Positions 48,083 to 57,952 are shown, counted from the first letter of the stretch. The stretch: 64,000 bases of DNA from Acidimicrobiales bacterium (GCA_965216655.1 CBDCGP010000005.1:83329-147328), one strand, 5' to 3'. Program-made: numbers and translations. The notes: a model not told the origin generated them from the letters alone.

Positions 48083-49407
48083 CGTGGCCCCCCGTTCCAA
48101 CGGGCTCGACGTGATCGCCGGTGAGCAGCTCGCGGGGATCGACGATGCGACCGGCGACGGCGGCCGCGGCCACCGCGTAGGGCGATGCCAGGTACAGGCT
48201 GGATTCGGGGCTGCCCATACGGCCCCGGAAGTTGCGGTTCGTGGTGGAGATCGCCACCTCACCAGCGGCGAGGATGCCGGCCCCGATTCCCGGGCAGGCT
48301 CCGCAGCCGGTCGACAGGATGTGGGCGCCGGCCTCCATCAGCGTTGCGGCCGTGCCGTCGGTCATGGCCTGCTGTAGAGCGGCCCGCGAGGCCGGCGCCA
48401 CCTGGAGCACCACGCCGTCGGCCACCCGTCGACCGTGGAGAACCCTCGCCGCCATGGCCAGATCCTCGTATTTGGCGCCGGTACAGGAGCCGATGTAGGC
48501 CCGACCGATGGCCGGTTCCTCCAGCTCGGAGATGGCGACCACGTCGTCGTGTCGATCGGGGCGGGCGACCACCGGCTCGATCGAGGCGGCGTCGTAGCGC
48601 CAGACGTCGGAGAACATGGCGTCGGCATCGCTGACCGGACCCTCTTCGGCGCTGATACCCAGCGCGGCCAGGTGTTCGACGGTGACCGAATCCGCCGGAA
48701 TCACCCCGGTCTTGGCTCCGATCTCGGCGCACATGTTGGTGAGCACGCTGCGCTCCTGCACGCTCATCATGTCGACGGTGGAGCCGGAGAACTCGAGCAC
48801 CTTGTACAAGGCACCGTCCATCCCCCGGTCGCCGATGATGGTGAGGATCAGGTCCTTGGCCGTGACCCCGTCGGGCAGCGAGCCGTCGATGACCACGCTG
48901 ATGGTGTGCGGCACCCGCAGCCACGTGCGACCCGTGGTGACCACACCGAGGATGTCGGTCGAACCGACGCCGAGCGCCAGACAACCCATGACGCCGGCGG
49001 TACAGGTGTGCGAGTCGGAGCCGGTATAGAGCATGCCGGGGCGGGCGTATCCCTTCTCCACCATCAGTGTGTGGGCGATCCCCTGCGCCTCGTGGAAGCG
49101 TTCGATGCCGAACGCGGTGGCGAAGGAGCGGGTGGTCTGGAGGATCTCGGCCGCGGAGACGTTGTTGGCCGGCACGTAGTGGTCGCACACCAGCACGATG
49201 CGGTCGGGGTCCCACACGCCGACGCCGAACCGTTCCATCGCCGGCCAGATCCTCCGAGGACCGCTGGAGTCGTGCATCATCGCCACGTCGACGTCGACCC
49301 ACAGCACTTCATCGACGCCCACGTGATCCCGTCCCGCGGCCCGGGCGATGATCTTCTGGGCCACGGTCATTCCAGATGCCGTCGGCGAGGCTGCCGGCCG
49401 CGTCATC
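48075..49407 (-). CDS. Aconitase-family dehydratase large subunit (LeuC-like); start ATG 49407 or 49370
   Basis: It contains GSDSHT, IGSCTG and STGCGACPG (Fe-S ligand positions), plus TTNRNFRGRMG. Confidence 0.8.
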
Positions 49408-49410
49408 GGG

Positions 49411-50367
49411 TCACGCCTCCGACACGCCTTCGGTCCGAGCGAGCCGCTGCCGGAGTTCGTCGACCTCGGCCTGCAACCGGGCGATGGTGGCCGCATCCGC
49501 CGATCCACCACCGACCAGAGGATCGGCTCCCCACGACGCGTCATCGCCGGCGAGGTCGTCGACGAGATCGTCGTCGTCGCCCTCCTCGGCCGCCATCGGC
49601 GCCCGTTCGAGCACCGCCCGGAGGAAGGCCCGGGTGCGGTCTTCGCGGGGGTTGCCGAGCACCTGCTGGGCCTTCCCCTCCTCGACCACCCGCCCGTGGT
49701 CGATGAACAGCACCCGGTCGGAGACATCGGCGGCAAACCCCATCTCGTGGGTGACCACGATCATCGTCATGCCGTCCTGTGCCAGCCGCTTCATGACCAG
49801 GAGGATCTCGCCGGCCAGCTCCGGGTCGACCGCCGAGGTGACCTCGTCGAACAGCATGACCCGGGGTTCCATGGCCAGCGCCCGGGCGATCGCCACCCGT
49901 TGCTGCTGGCCACCCGACATCTGTAGCGGGTAGTGGTCGGCCCGGTGCGACAGCCCGACCGAGTCGAGCAACTCCTGGGCCCGGGCGACGGCGGCCTTCT
50001 TGTCGACGCCCTTCACCGCCATCGGAGCCTCGATCACATTCTCCAGTGCGGTCATGTGGGGGAAGAGGTTGAAGCGCTGGAAGACCATTCCGACGTCTTC
50101 GCGGATCCGGCGGACCTTGCCTTTCGACGCGAACCGTATTCGGCCATCGGGTCCGTTCTCGCACAGTGCTTGACCGTCGATCTGGATCAAGCCGGCGTCG
50201 GGGCGCTCGAGCAGGTTGATGCATCGCAGGATGGTGGTCTTCCCGGAACCCGACGGACCGATGATCGAGACGACCTCGCCGGCCTCGACGTCGAGGCTGA
50301 TGCCGTCGAGGATCTTCAGGTCCCCGAACCACTTCTCCAGACCGTCGACTCGTACCAGTGGGGCCAT
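49411..50367 (-). CDS. Polar amino-acid-type ABC transporter ATP-binding protein with an acidic/coiled C-terminal extension
   Basis: ATG 50367. It has [26 protein letters not shown] and [11 protein letters not shown]. About 65 extra C-terminal residues follow ([16 protein letters not shown]...[18 protein letters not shown]). Confidence 0.9.
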   Translation of the reverse strand: MAPLVRVDGLEKWFGDLKILDGISLDVEAGEVVSIIGPSGSGKTTILRCINLLERPDAGLIQIDGQALCENGPDGRIRFASKGKVRRIREDVGMVFQRFNLFPHMTALENVIEAPMAVKGVDKKAAVARAQELLDSVGLSHRADHYPLQMSGGQQQRVAIARALAMEPRVMLFDEVTSAVDPELAGEILLVMKRLAQDGMTMIVVTHEMGFAADVSDRVLFIDHGRVVEEGKAQQVLGNPREDRTRAFLRAVLERAPMAAEEGDDDDLVDDLAGDDASWGADPLVGGGSADAATIARLQAEVDELRQRLARTEGVSEA

Positions 50368-50369
50368 GA

Positions 50370-51026
50370 TCACACCTTCAATCGGAACGTACGCTCGAGG
50401 CCCTGCTGGGCGAGGACGAGCACGGTGGTGAGGGCGAGGTAGATGAGCGCGAGCGCCAGCAGCGGTTCGAGCGCCTTGAAGTCGCGGCTGATGATCCGGG
50501 TCGTGAGCAGCGCCATCTCCGGCACGGTGATCACGGTGGCCAGCGACGTCTGCTTCATCGTGTTGATGGCGTTGCCGATGAACGGCGGCACGATGATCCG
50601 CACACTCTGCGGCAACACGATCTTCCGCATGGCATGCGCCTTGCTCATGCCCAACGCCTCCGCCGCCTCGAACTGTCCCTGGTCGACGGCCAGGATGCCG
50701 GATCGGATCGACTCGGCCTGGTAGCTGGCCGTCCACAGCGACAGCGAGACGACAGCGGCCCAGAACGGCGACAGCAACAGGCTCCGTCCCAGCTCGGGGA
50801 AGGCGAAGAACACGTAGAACATGATGAGGAGCAGCGGCACGCCGCGAAGCAGCCAGGCGTAGAACGCGGCGAACCATCGCAACGGCGCCACCGGCGACAG
50901 CCGCAACAGGGCGAGGGCCAGGCCCAGCACGGTTGATATGAGGATCGACCATGCGAACAGCGACACCGTGGTACCGAGACCATCGAGGATGGCGGGCAGG
51001 ATGTCGGCGATGTAGGCGAAGTCCAT
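50370..51026 (-). CDS. Amino-acid ABC transporter permease (HisM/GlnP type)
   Basis: 218 aa with 5 predicted TM segments. EAA loop: [21 protein letters not shown]. Confidence 0.85.
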   Translation of the reverse strand: MDFAYIADILPAILDGLGTTVSLFAWSILISTVLGLALALLRLSPVAPLRWFAAFYAWLLRGVPLLLIMFYVFFAFPELGRSLLLSPFWAAVVSLSLWTASYQAESIRSGILAVDQGQFEAAEALGMSKAHAMRKIVLPQSVRIIVPPFIGNAINTMKQTSLATVITVPEMALLTTRIISRDFKALEPLLALALIYLALTTVLVLAQQGLERTFRLKV

Positions 51027-51032
51027 GGCCGT

Positions 51033-51680
51033 CTACACCTTCACCGCATAGCGACGCTCGAACCAGCTCTGCGACAGCGTCATGAGCGAGGTCACCACGA
51101 GGTAGATCACGCCGGCGGCGGTCAGTATCTCGATCGGCTGGAAGGTGGAGTTGGCCAACTGGCGCGACCGGCCGGTCAGCTCGGTAAGGCCGATGACCGC
51201 GGCCAGCGAGGTCGACTTGAACAGCAGGGTCGAGTTGCTGACGTAGTTGGGGATCATCACCCGGATTCCTTGGGGGATGACAATGCGCCGCATGTAGTGG
51301 GCCCTGGTGAAGCCGAGTGCCTCCGATGCCTCATATTGGCCGGGATCGACGGCCAGCAGGCCGGCCCGGATGATCTCGGCCTTGTAGGCCGCCGACGACG
51401 CGGCCAACCCGAGGATCGCCGACTGGAACGGGCTCCAACCCAGACTGTTGCCAAGCCAGAAGAACGCGAAGAACAGGATCACCAGCGCCGGCAGGCCGCG
51501 AAAGACCCACACGAATGTGGCCGAGAACCACCGCAGCGCCCTGTATCGAGACATGCGCATGAGCGCCAGGATCAGGCCCAGCACCGTGGCCAGCACCAGC
51601 GAGATGACGAACAGTTGGATCGAGATCCAGCTCGCCTCCCAGAAGATGGCGCGGGACCGCCAGACGATGTCCCAGCTCAT
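51033..51680 (-). CDS. Amino-acid ABC transporter permease (HisQ/GlnP type)
   Basis: 215 aa. EAA loop: [21 protein letters not shown]. Confidence 0.85.
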   Translation of the reverse strand: MSWDIVWRSRAIFWEASWISIQLFVISLVLATVLGLILALMRMSRYRALRWFSATFVWVFRGLPALVILFFAFFWLGNSLGWSPFQSAILGLAASSAAYKAEIIRAGLLAVDPGQYEASEALGFTRAHYMRRIVIPQGIRVMIPNYVSNSTLLFKSTSLAAVIGLTELTGRSRQLANSTFQPIEILTAAGVIYLVVTSLMTLSQSWFERRYAVKV

Positions 51681-51704
51681 CGTCTGGCGCCCCCTGGCGA
51701 ACCG

Positions 51705-52730
51705 TCAGCAATCACCGGCCGGCAGCTCGTCATACGGCTCGGTGGCGTTGATGTCGCTCGGGACCGGGATGCACTGGCCGAACCACGCTTTCTGGATCTC
51801 GGCCAGGGTGCCGTCTTCGATCATCTCGTTGAGCACCACATCGACGGCATCCCGCTTGTCCTCCATCCCGAGCTGGAAGGCCAGGGACAGCGGATGGGCG
51901 GCCACCGTGGGACCGGCGATCGCCAGCTCGTCGTCGTTGGCCGCGGCGAAGGCCGCCACCAGCGAATCCTGGCTGAGGGCATCGACCCGACCCTGCTTGA
52001 GGGCGGTCAACGCCTCACCGGCACCGGCAAAACCGGAGTATTCGGCATAGCCGAGCGCTTCCTCGTTCTCGAGCAGGTAGCCCTCCTGAGAACTGCCCTG
52101 GATACCTCCGGCGTTGAGACCCGAGAGGTCATCGAGGCCGGCCGAATCGGCGTCCTCGGCCCGGACCTGGGCGATGATGCCGGTGGAGGTCATGGGCCGG
52201 GAGAACGCAAAGCTCTCCTGCCGCTCCGGTGTCGGCCAGATACCGGAATCGGCGATGTCGTAGAGGCCCTGCGACAGACCCTCGAGTTCGGCCACGAAGT
52301 CGACGGTCGGCAGTTCGAGCTCCAGGCCGAGACGGTCCGCGATCTCCTTGGCGATATCGATCGTGTAGCCCTCGTTCTCGCCGGTGTCGGGGTTGATGGC
52401 CGTGAACGGCGGGAAGTTGCCCGTGGTTACCACGATCAGCTTGCCCTCCTCGACGAGGCCCGGGACCTCACCGGCTGCGGCGTCGTCGGGTTCCTCGGCA
52501 TCATCGGCCGGTTCCTCGTCCGTGTCTTCGGTCGGCTCGTCGGCGGCTTCTTCGGTCGTGTCGGTCGTTTCCTCGGTCGTGTCGTCCGATTCAGCCGCCG
52601 TGTCATCACCCGCGTCGGTGGCCTCGTCGTCGTCGGAACCGCACGCGGCAGCGATGATCGAGAAGGCGGCCAACAAGGCCAACAGGCGCCAGAGAACGGG
52701 ATTCCCCGACTTCGCTCTCCCTACGTTCAT
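51705..52730 (-). CDS. Family-3 substrate-binding lipoprotein with a long acidic linker
   Basis: 341 aa. It has the lipobox IAAACGSDDD followed by a D/E/T-rich stretch of about 60 aa. An SBP_bac_3-like domain follows (GKLIVVTTGNFPPF, GYTIDIAKEIADRLG). Confidence 0.8.
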   Translation of the reverse strand: MNVGRAKSGNPVLWRLLALLAAFSIIAAACGSDDDEATDAGDDTAAESDDTTEETTDTTEEAADEPTEDTDEEPADDAEEPDDAAAGEVPGLVEEGKLIVVTTGNFPPFTAINPDTGENEGYTIDIAKEIADRLGLELELPTVDFVAELEGLSQGLYDIADSGIWPTPERQESFAFSRPMTSTGIIAQVRAEDADSAGLDDLSGLNAGGIQGSSQEGYLLENEEALGYAEYSGFAGAGEALTALKQGRVDALSQDSLVAAFAAANDDELAIAGPTVAAHPLSLAFQLGMEDKRDAVDVVLNEMIEDGTLAEIQKAWFGQCIPVPSDINATEPYDELPAGDC

Positions 52731-52791
52731 GTCTCATTTCCCCTTTGTTTTGTGACTGTCGTGTGGCTGTGTTGTGGCGACGTCCGCCACC

Positions 52792-53628
52792 CTAGTTCGC
52801 CGCGAGACGACCGTGGAAACCGGTGGGAGCGAGTGCTGCACCGGGCTGCGCGGTCGACATGGCGGTCCAATGGCGGCCCAGATCGCGGGCCGCGTTCTTC
52901 AGTTCGTCGATCACGGTCATCATGTGGTCCAACCGGTCGTCCGGCGCGTAGAGACTGAGGGCGCCGATGGTCGCCCCGTCGTGATCGGTGACGGGGGCGG
53001 CCACGGCCGCCGCACCGTCGACCGTTTCGCTCTCGCTCGAACTCCAGCCCCGCCGGCGGGCGTCGGCCACCAGGCGGTGAACATCGACGCCGTCGGTGAC
53101 GGAATTGCGGCCGAGCGGCCGGCGTTCATCCCGGCCGAGGAGCGCGTCGAGTTCGCCGTCGGACATGCCGGCCATCAACACCCGTCCGACCGCCCCGGAC
53201 CAGAGCGGCGCGCTCCAGCCCCGACCCCTGAGCCAGCGGATCCCGCGCAGACCCTGCACCTCGGCCACACAGGTCCGGTGGTCGCCGGTGCGGACGTGCA
53301 GCGCCGCCGTCTCCTCGCTGATGGTGACGAGACGATGGAGGTACGGCTCGGCGATCGCCCCGAGGGTGGCTCCCCCGCCGTCCAGGGTTGCCGCCAACGC
53401 CAGTTTCGGCGTGAGGGCGTAGCCGCGATCGGCGCCGATCCGGTTGACCACGCCCGACGCCTCGAGCGTGTTGAGAAGGCGATGCACCGTGGAGCGGGGC
53501 AAGTCCAGCTTCTCGGCCACCGTGCGGGCCGAGGGGGGATGGTCGATCTCGGCGATGGCGAACAGCACGTCGAAGGCGCGCGTGACCGACTGCACGAGGC
53601 GGGCGTCGATGGCCGTCGTCTTGTTCAC
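52792..53628 (-). CDS. IclR-family transcriptional regulator
   Basis: GTG 53628 is preceded by GCAGGAG. It has a wHTH (VQSVTRAFDVLFAIAEIDHPPSARTVAEKLDLPRSTVHRLLNTLE) and an IclR effector domain. Confidence 0.8.
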   Translation of the reverse strand: MNKTTAIDARLVQSVTRAFDVLFAIAEIDHPPSARTVAEKLDLPRSTVHRLLNTLEASGVVNRIGADRGYALTPKLALAATLDGGGATLGAIAEPYLHRLVTISEETAALHVRTGDHRTCVAEVQGLRGIRWLRGRGWSAPLWSGAVGRVLMAGMSDGELDALLGRDERRPLGRNSVTDGVDVHRLVADARRRGWSSSESETVDGAAAVAAPVTDHDGATIGALSLYAPDDRLDHMMTVIDELKNAARDLGRHWTAMSTAQPGAALAPTGFHGRLAAN

Positions 53629-53650
53629 TCCTGCCGGCGCCTCCAGCCCG

Positions 53651-53702
53651 TGTGTCCACCGTTTGTGTCCACCGCTTGTGTTCACCGCCTGTGTCCATGA
53701 TC
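53651..53702. repeat. Four head-to-tail 13-bp direct repeats TGTGTCCACCGYT (candidate operator array)
   Basis: The copies are 53651-63 TGTGTCCACCGTT, 53664-76 TGTGTCCACCGCT, 53677-89 TGTGTTCACCGCC and 53690-702 TGTGTCCATGATC. They lie in the divergent IclR / flavin-oxidoreductase intergenic region. Confidence 0.85.
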
Positions 53703-53747
53703 CGGATTCTTGTCCGGATGGTGGACCGTACCGTAGACTCGGCGGCC

Positions 53748-55784
53748 ATGGCGGTCAACCCCGACCACGAATCGTCACCTGTCGGCGTCGCCTTCACCCC
53801 GGTTCGACTCGGTTCGGTGGAGGTGCGGAACCGGATCTTCGTGCCGGCCCATACCACGAACTTCGGGGTCGACAACCTTCCAACCGACCGCCATGTCACC
53901 TACCACGAGGAGCGGGCTCGGGGAGGTGCCGGACTGATCATCATGGAGTCGCTCCGGGTCCACCCCACCAGTCTCGGCAAGCCCCAGGGCCTGGCCGCCT
54001 TCGACCCGCGGTGTGTGGAACCGCTGGCGAGAATCGCCGAGGCCGTGCACCGCCACGACACGAGGATCTTCGGCCAGATCATCCACTTGGGACGCCAGAT
54101 CGACGGCAATGCCCTCCGCCTCCCGCCGTGGGGTCCGTCCCCCATCGCATGGGACGCCTCGGTTGCCGCTCCCCACGTGATGACCGAGAGCGACATCGCC
54201 GAGGTGGTCGACGGGCATGTGGTCAGCGCCGGCCACGTACTGGCGGCCGGGTTCGACGGGCTGGAAGTACACGTCGGCCACGGCCATCTCCTCCAGCAGT
54301 TCCTGTCGCCGGCCACCAACACCCGCACCGACGGTTACGGCGGCGACGACGCCGGTCGCATGCGATTCGCCGTGGAGGTGCTTCGAGCGGTGCGTGACTC
54401 GGTCGGTCCCGACGTGTGTCTGGGCATACGGATCAGTGCGGATGAGTATGCGGACGGCGGCCTGACCCTGGCCGACATGGAACGGATCGTGCCCGCCATC
54501 GCCGATCAGGTCGAACTCGACTTCGTCAACGTGTCGCACTCGGCCTACCACGGCAGCTACGCCCTCTCGACCCAGATGGCCGACATGACGTTCCCCCGCG
54601 ACATGTTCCGCCACCTGGCCCCCGCCATCGGCCGCAGCCTCAAGGCCGCTGGACACACCATGGCGATCATGGCGGTGTGCAAGTACCGAACGGTGGCCGA
54701 CGCCGAGGAGACTCTGGTCGACGGCGATGTGGACCTCGTCGGCATGGCCCGCGCCCACATCGCCGACCCCGCCCTGGTGAACAAGGCCGTAACGGGGCGG
54801 GTCGACGAGACGAGAACCTGCATCGGCTGCAACCAGGGCTGCGCCGGATTTCTGGAGAAGGGCCTTCCGATCACCTGCGTGGTCAACCCGACGGTCGGTC
54901 GGGAGCGTTCGTGGTCAACCGATCCCGTCGACGATCGGGCCGAGCGGTCGAAGCAGGTGCTGGTGGTGGGCGGCGGACCGGCCGGGCTCGAAGCGGCCTG
55001 GGTGGCAGCGGCCCGAGGTCACCGGGTCGACCTGATCGAGCGAGGTGATCGCCTTGGCGGTCGGATTCGCCTGGTCGACCATCTTCCCAAACGCCGCGAT
55101 TTTCTGACCCTGGTCGACCAGCAGATCGCCGCCTGCGATCGCCACGGGGTGATCGTGCACTGCAACACCGAGTTCGATCCGTCGGCCTTCGCCGAGCGGT
55201 GGGCCGACGGCGACGGCTCCTTCGGTGGCCGCCCCGACCACCTGGTCGCCGCCACCGGGGCCCGCCCCCAACCGTTGGCCTTCCCCGGTGGCGGAACCGG
55301 TCTCACGCTCGATGAGGCGTTGTTGCGTCGCTGGGAGCCAGGCCGGCGGGTGGCGTTCTATGACCTGATGGGAGACTGGTCGTCGCTCGGGGTGGTGGAG
55401 CACCTAGCCGATTCGGGGGTCGACGTCACCTACCTCACACCCGTCGGCGGATGCGGCTGGAAGATCACCGTGTACAGTCGCACGGCTCTGATCTCACGGC
55501 TCCGTCAGGCCCGGGTTGCCGTCGGCCCGCTGCGGTCGGCCGTGTCCTATCGCAACGGCGTGTTCACCGTGGAGGACCTGTCGACAGGCGACCACGAGAC
55601 GCTGGCCGTCGACGCAGTGGTGGCCGCCGGCAACCCGGCCGCCGACGAACTCGGGCACTCGATGGCGGCTCGGCTGGCGGCGGTGTCGCCGGAGACCGCG
55701 GTGACGGTGATCGGCGACTGCCTCGCTCCCCGCTCGTCGCTGGAGGCCGTCTACGAGGGACACCGGGTGGGCCGTGAGCTCTGA
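53748..55784 (+). CDS. OYE-type NADH:flavin oxidoreductase fused to an FAD/NAD(P) domain (2,4-dienoyl-CoA-reductase-like); alternative start 53718
   Basis: It contains RNRIFVPAHTTNF, the Fe-S motif CIGCNQGC and the Rossmann motif VLVVGGGPAGLEAA. Confidence 0.8.
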   Translation: MAVNPDHESSPVGVAFTPVRLGSVEVRNRIFVPAHTTNFGVDNLPTDRHVTYHEERARGGAGLIIMESLRVHPTSLGKPQGLAAFDPRCVEPLARIAEAVHRHDTRIFGQIIHLGRQIDGNALRLPPWGPSPIAWDASVAAPHVMTESDIAEVVDGHVVSAGHVLAAGFDGLEVHVGHGHLLQQFLSPATNTRTDGYGGDDAGRMRFAVEVLRAVRDSVGPDVCLGIRISADEYADGGLTLADMERIVPAIADQVELDFVNVSHSAYHGSYALSTQMADMTFPRDMFRHLAPAIGRSLKAAGHTMAIMAVCKYRTVADAEETLVDGDVDLVGMARAHIADPALVNKAVTGRVDETRTCIGCNQGCAGFLEKGLPITCVVNPTVGRERSWSTDPVDDRAERSKQVLVVGGGPAGLEAAWVAAARGHRVDLIERGDRLGGRIRLVDHLPKRRDFLTLVDQQIAACDRHGVIVHCNTEFDPSAFAERWADGDGSFGGRPDHLVAATGARPQPLAFPGGGTGLTLDEALLRRWEPGRRVAFYDLMGDWSSLGVVEHLADSGVDVTYLTPVGGCGWKITVYSRTALISRLRQARVAVGPLRSAVSYRNGVFTVEDLSTGDHETLAVDAVVAAGNPAADELGHSMAARLAAVSPETAVTVIGDCLAPRSSLEAVYEGHRVGREL

Positions 55785-56805
55785 GCCGGTTCTGGTGACC
55801 GGGGCCAGCGGATTCATCGGCATCAATCTCCTGCACATCTTGACCGAGGCGGGTCGACCGGTCGTGGGGCTGGCCGATCGGCCGGTGCCCCGGCAGGCCC
55901 TCGCCTCACTGGCCGAGCTCGGCCCGGTTCCGACGGTGGACATCGTCGACGTTCGAGACGCCGAGGCGGTGGCCGAGGCCATGGTCCGACATCGGCCGAG
56001 GGCCGTCATCCACGCTGCCGCGGTGACCGCCGGAGCGGACCGGGAGGCAGCTGATGCCCGGACCGTGGTCGACGTCAACATCGGCGGCACCCAGTCGGTC
56101 CTCGACGCCTGCACCGCCGCCGGGGTGAAGCGGCTCGTCCACGTCTCCAGCGGTGCCGTGTATGGGCCGGCGACGTTCGGCTCTGCTCTCCTGGCCGAAA
56201 CCACGCTCGTCGCCCCGACGTTTCCTCCGCCGTCGTACTACGGCATCACCAAGCTGGCAGCCGAGCAACTCGCCCTCCGCCACGGCGTCGTTCACGACCT
56301 CGAGGTTGTGGCGGCTCGTTTGTCGGCCGTCTTCGGCCCGTGGGAGTATCCGACCGGCGTTCGCGATTTCATGAGTCCGATGCAGCAGATGGTGCGGGCC
56401 GCCCATACCGGCTCGCCGATCCGTCTGGTGGCCGACCAGCCCCGCAACTGGGTCTACGCCCCCGACGCGGCACGGGTTCTCGTCGCGCTGGCCGACGCTC
56501 GTCGCCCGGCCCACGACTGTTACAACGTGTGCCCCGAGTTCACCACCACCACCGCCATCGCCTTCCTCGACCGGCTCGCCCGCCATCACCCCGGCCTCGA
56601 CCCTGCGGTGGTCGACACCCCGGAACGGGCCACCATCGGATTCGACGCCGACCCGCACCTGCCTCGGGCGCCGGTGTCGGGGCGACGCCTGGCCGAAGAG
56701 CCGGCGCTAACCACAGCCGAACCGCCGTGGACCGACCCGCAAGATGCGTTTGACGACTACCTCCGATGGGCCGACGCAAACCCATCGTGGTTGGGGCCGA
56801 CGTGA
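55774..56805 (+). CDS. NAD-dependent epimerase/dehydratase (SDR extended family)
   Basis: GTG start overlapping the upstream gene by 11 nt. It contains VLVTGASGFIG and YGITK (YxxxK). Confidence 0.75.
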   Translation: MSSEPVLVTGASGFIGINLLHILTEAGRPVVGLADRPVPRQALASLAELGPVPTVDIVDVRDAEAVAEAMVRHRPRAVIHAAAVTAGADREAADARTVVDVNIGGTQSVLDACTAAGVKRLVHVSSGAVYGPATFGSALLAETTLVAPTFPPPSYYGITKLAAEQLALRHGVVHDLEVVAARLSAVFGPWEYPTGVRDFMSPMQQMVRAAHTGSPIRLVADQPRNWVYAPDAARVLVALADARRPAHDCYNVCPEFTTTTAIAFLDRLARHHPGLDPAVVDTPERATIGFDADPHLPRAPVSGRRLAEEPALTTAEPPWTDPQDAFDDYLRWADANPSWLGPT

Positions 56806-56822
56806 TCGCGCCAGACGTCCGC

Positions 56823-57389
56823 TCAGATGGTGACGTCGGGCCGGTCGGCATAGACGAATCTCACGGCTTCCGGATCGGGGTTGCCTTCATCTGGCCCGAC
56901 CCAGATCCGGGTGAGACCAATCCTCTCAGCGACCCGCCACGAGGCTGTGTTGTGTTCGAGCATGAAGGCGACGACCGGTCGCACGGGGTCGACCTCATTC
57001 GCAGCCGCGATTGCGGCACGCGCCAACTCGCTCGCATAGCCTCGACCGTGACACTCAGGGGCGAACCGGTAGTAGAGGTTCCACCGGTCATGTTCGGAGA
57101 CCAGGCGGCAGCCACCGCAGCCGATGATCGGTCCGTCCGGCTCATCGCGGATCGACCAGTAGCCAAGTCCAGCGCCCTGCCAATCCGCGATACTCGAGTG
57201 GACGAACTGCGCAGTCGTTTCTCGCGACGTGTGACGCCCGGAGGGGAAGTGCGTCCAGACGCGGGCGTCAGCGTGTATCCGGTGCCACTCGTCGATATCA
57301 GACTCGTGGACGTGATCGAGCACAAGGCGATCGGTGCGCCGGTGGTCCCAACTGTTCGACTCGGTTGCGACGGCACCCGGCTCAGACAT
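56823..57389 (-). CDS. GNAT-family N-acetyltransferase (RimJ/RimL-like)
   Basis: 188 aa. It contains HGRGYASELARAAI (acetyl-CoA binding region). GC is somewhat lower than in the neighbours. Confidence 0.75.
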   Translation of the reverse strand: MSEPGAVATESNSWDHRRTDRLVLDHVHESDIDEWHRIHADARVWTHFPSGRHTSRETTAQFVHSSIADWQGAGLGYWSIRDEPDGPIIGCGGCRLVSEHDRWNLYYRFAPECHGRGYASELARAAIAAANEVDPVRPVVAFMLEHNTASWRVAERIGLTRIWVGPDEGNPDPEAVRFVYADRPDVTI

Positions 57390-57484
57390 AGGTCCAAGAG
57401 TACGGGGTGGCGCGAGAGCTCATGGCTTCAACCGTCGCGCACTATCCGGCCATACCCTGAATCGGAGAGAGGAAGGGGCTGGTC

Positions 57485-57925
57485 GTGACTTGGGACCCTG
57501 CGATACCGATGACACCTCGGCTGACGAGAGTTCTGGAGACCGAGGCAAGGAAGGCTGCCGACCGAAGTGACGGCTACCTCGGCACGGAGCATCTGCTGGA
57601 AGCGCTGCTCGATGATCTCGATGGCATCGGCGGTCAGATCCTTGCTCGCCTCGGCGTCGTAGATGATGCCCGTGATGAGCTTGAACGACTCTGGTCATCG
57701 CCGTCGCACGGGTCGGTGCTGATGGTCGACTGCGATCCCGATCCCGCCGGTCGGCCGTATCAGATGGCGACGGTTGCAGAGCGACCTGGCGCGCCAGCGC
57801 GCCTGAATCTGGACAATAGCGGCCGGCCCCAGGTGAGACTCGATGGTGAGCTTGTGCCCGCTCCCGATGCAGTTGCTGAGGCGGCGTTCCGGTGGCAAGG
57901 CCGTGCCGAGGAGCCACACGAATAG
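57485..57925 (+). CDS. Stand-alone Clp N-terminal (Clp_N repeat) domain protein
   Basis: It contains LTRVLETEARKAADRSDGYLGTEHLLEALLDD...GGQILARLGV. GTG 57485 is preceded by GGAAGGGG. Confidence 0.6.
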   Translation: MTWDPAIPMTPRLTRVLETEARKAADRSDGYLGTEHLLEALLDDLDGIGGQILARLGVVDDARDELERLWSSPSHGSVLMVDCDPDPAGRPYQMATVAERPGAPARLNLDNSGRPQVRLDGELVPAPDAVAEAAFRWQGRAEEPHE

Positions 57926-57936
57926 AGCCACCTAAA

Positions 57937-57952
57937 CGGTTCCGCGGAACCG
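57937..57952. terminator. Short palindromic hairpin between convergent genes
   Basis: CGGTTCCGCGGAACCG. Confidence 0.3.

Noticed and set aside
48075-49736. The 553-aa form of the LeuC-like ORF. Similar N-terminally extended track ORFs are 49411-50952, 43598-44731, 45506-46558, 58375-59976, 8921-10567 and 9994-11763.
   Set aside because: The extensions overlap the upstream gene and are Arg/Pro-rich. Internal starts that abut or overlap the upstream stop give proteins of normal family length.
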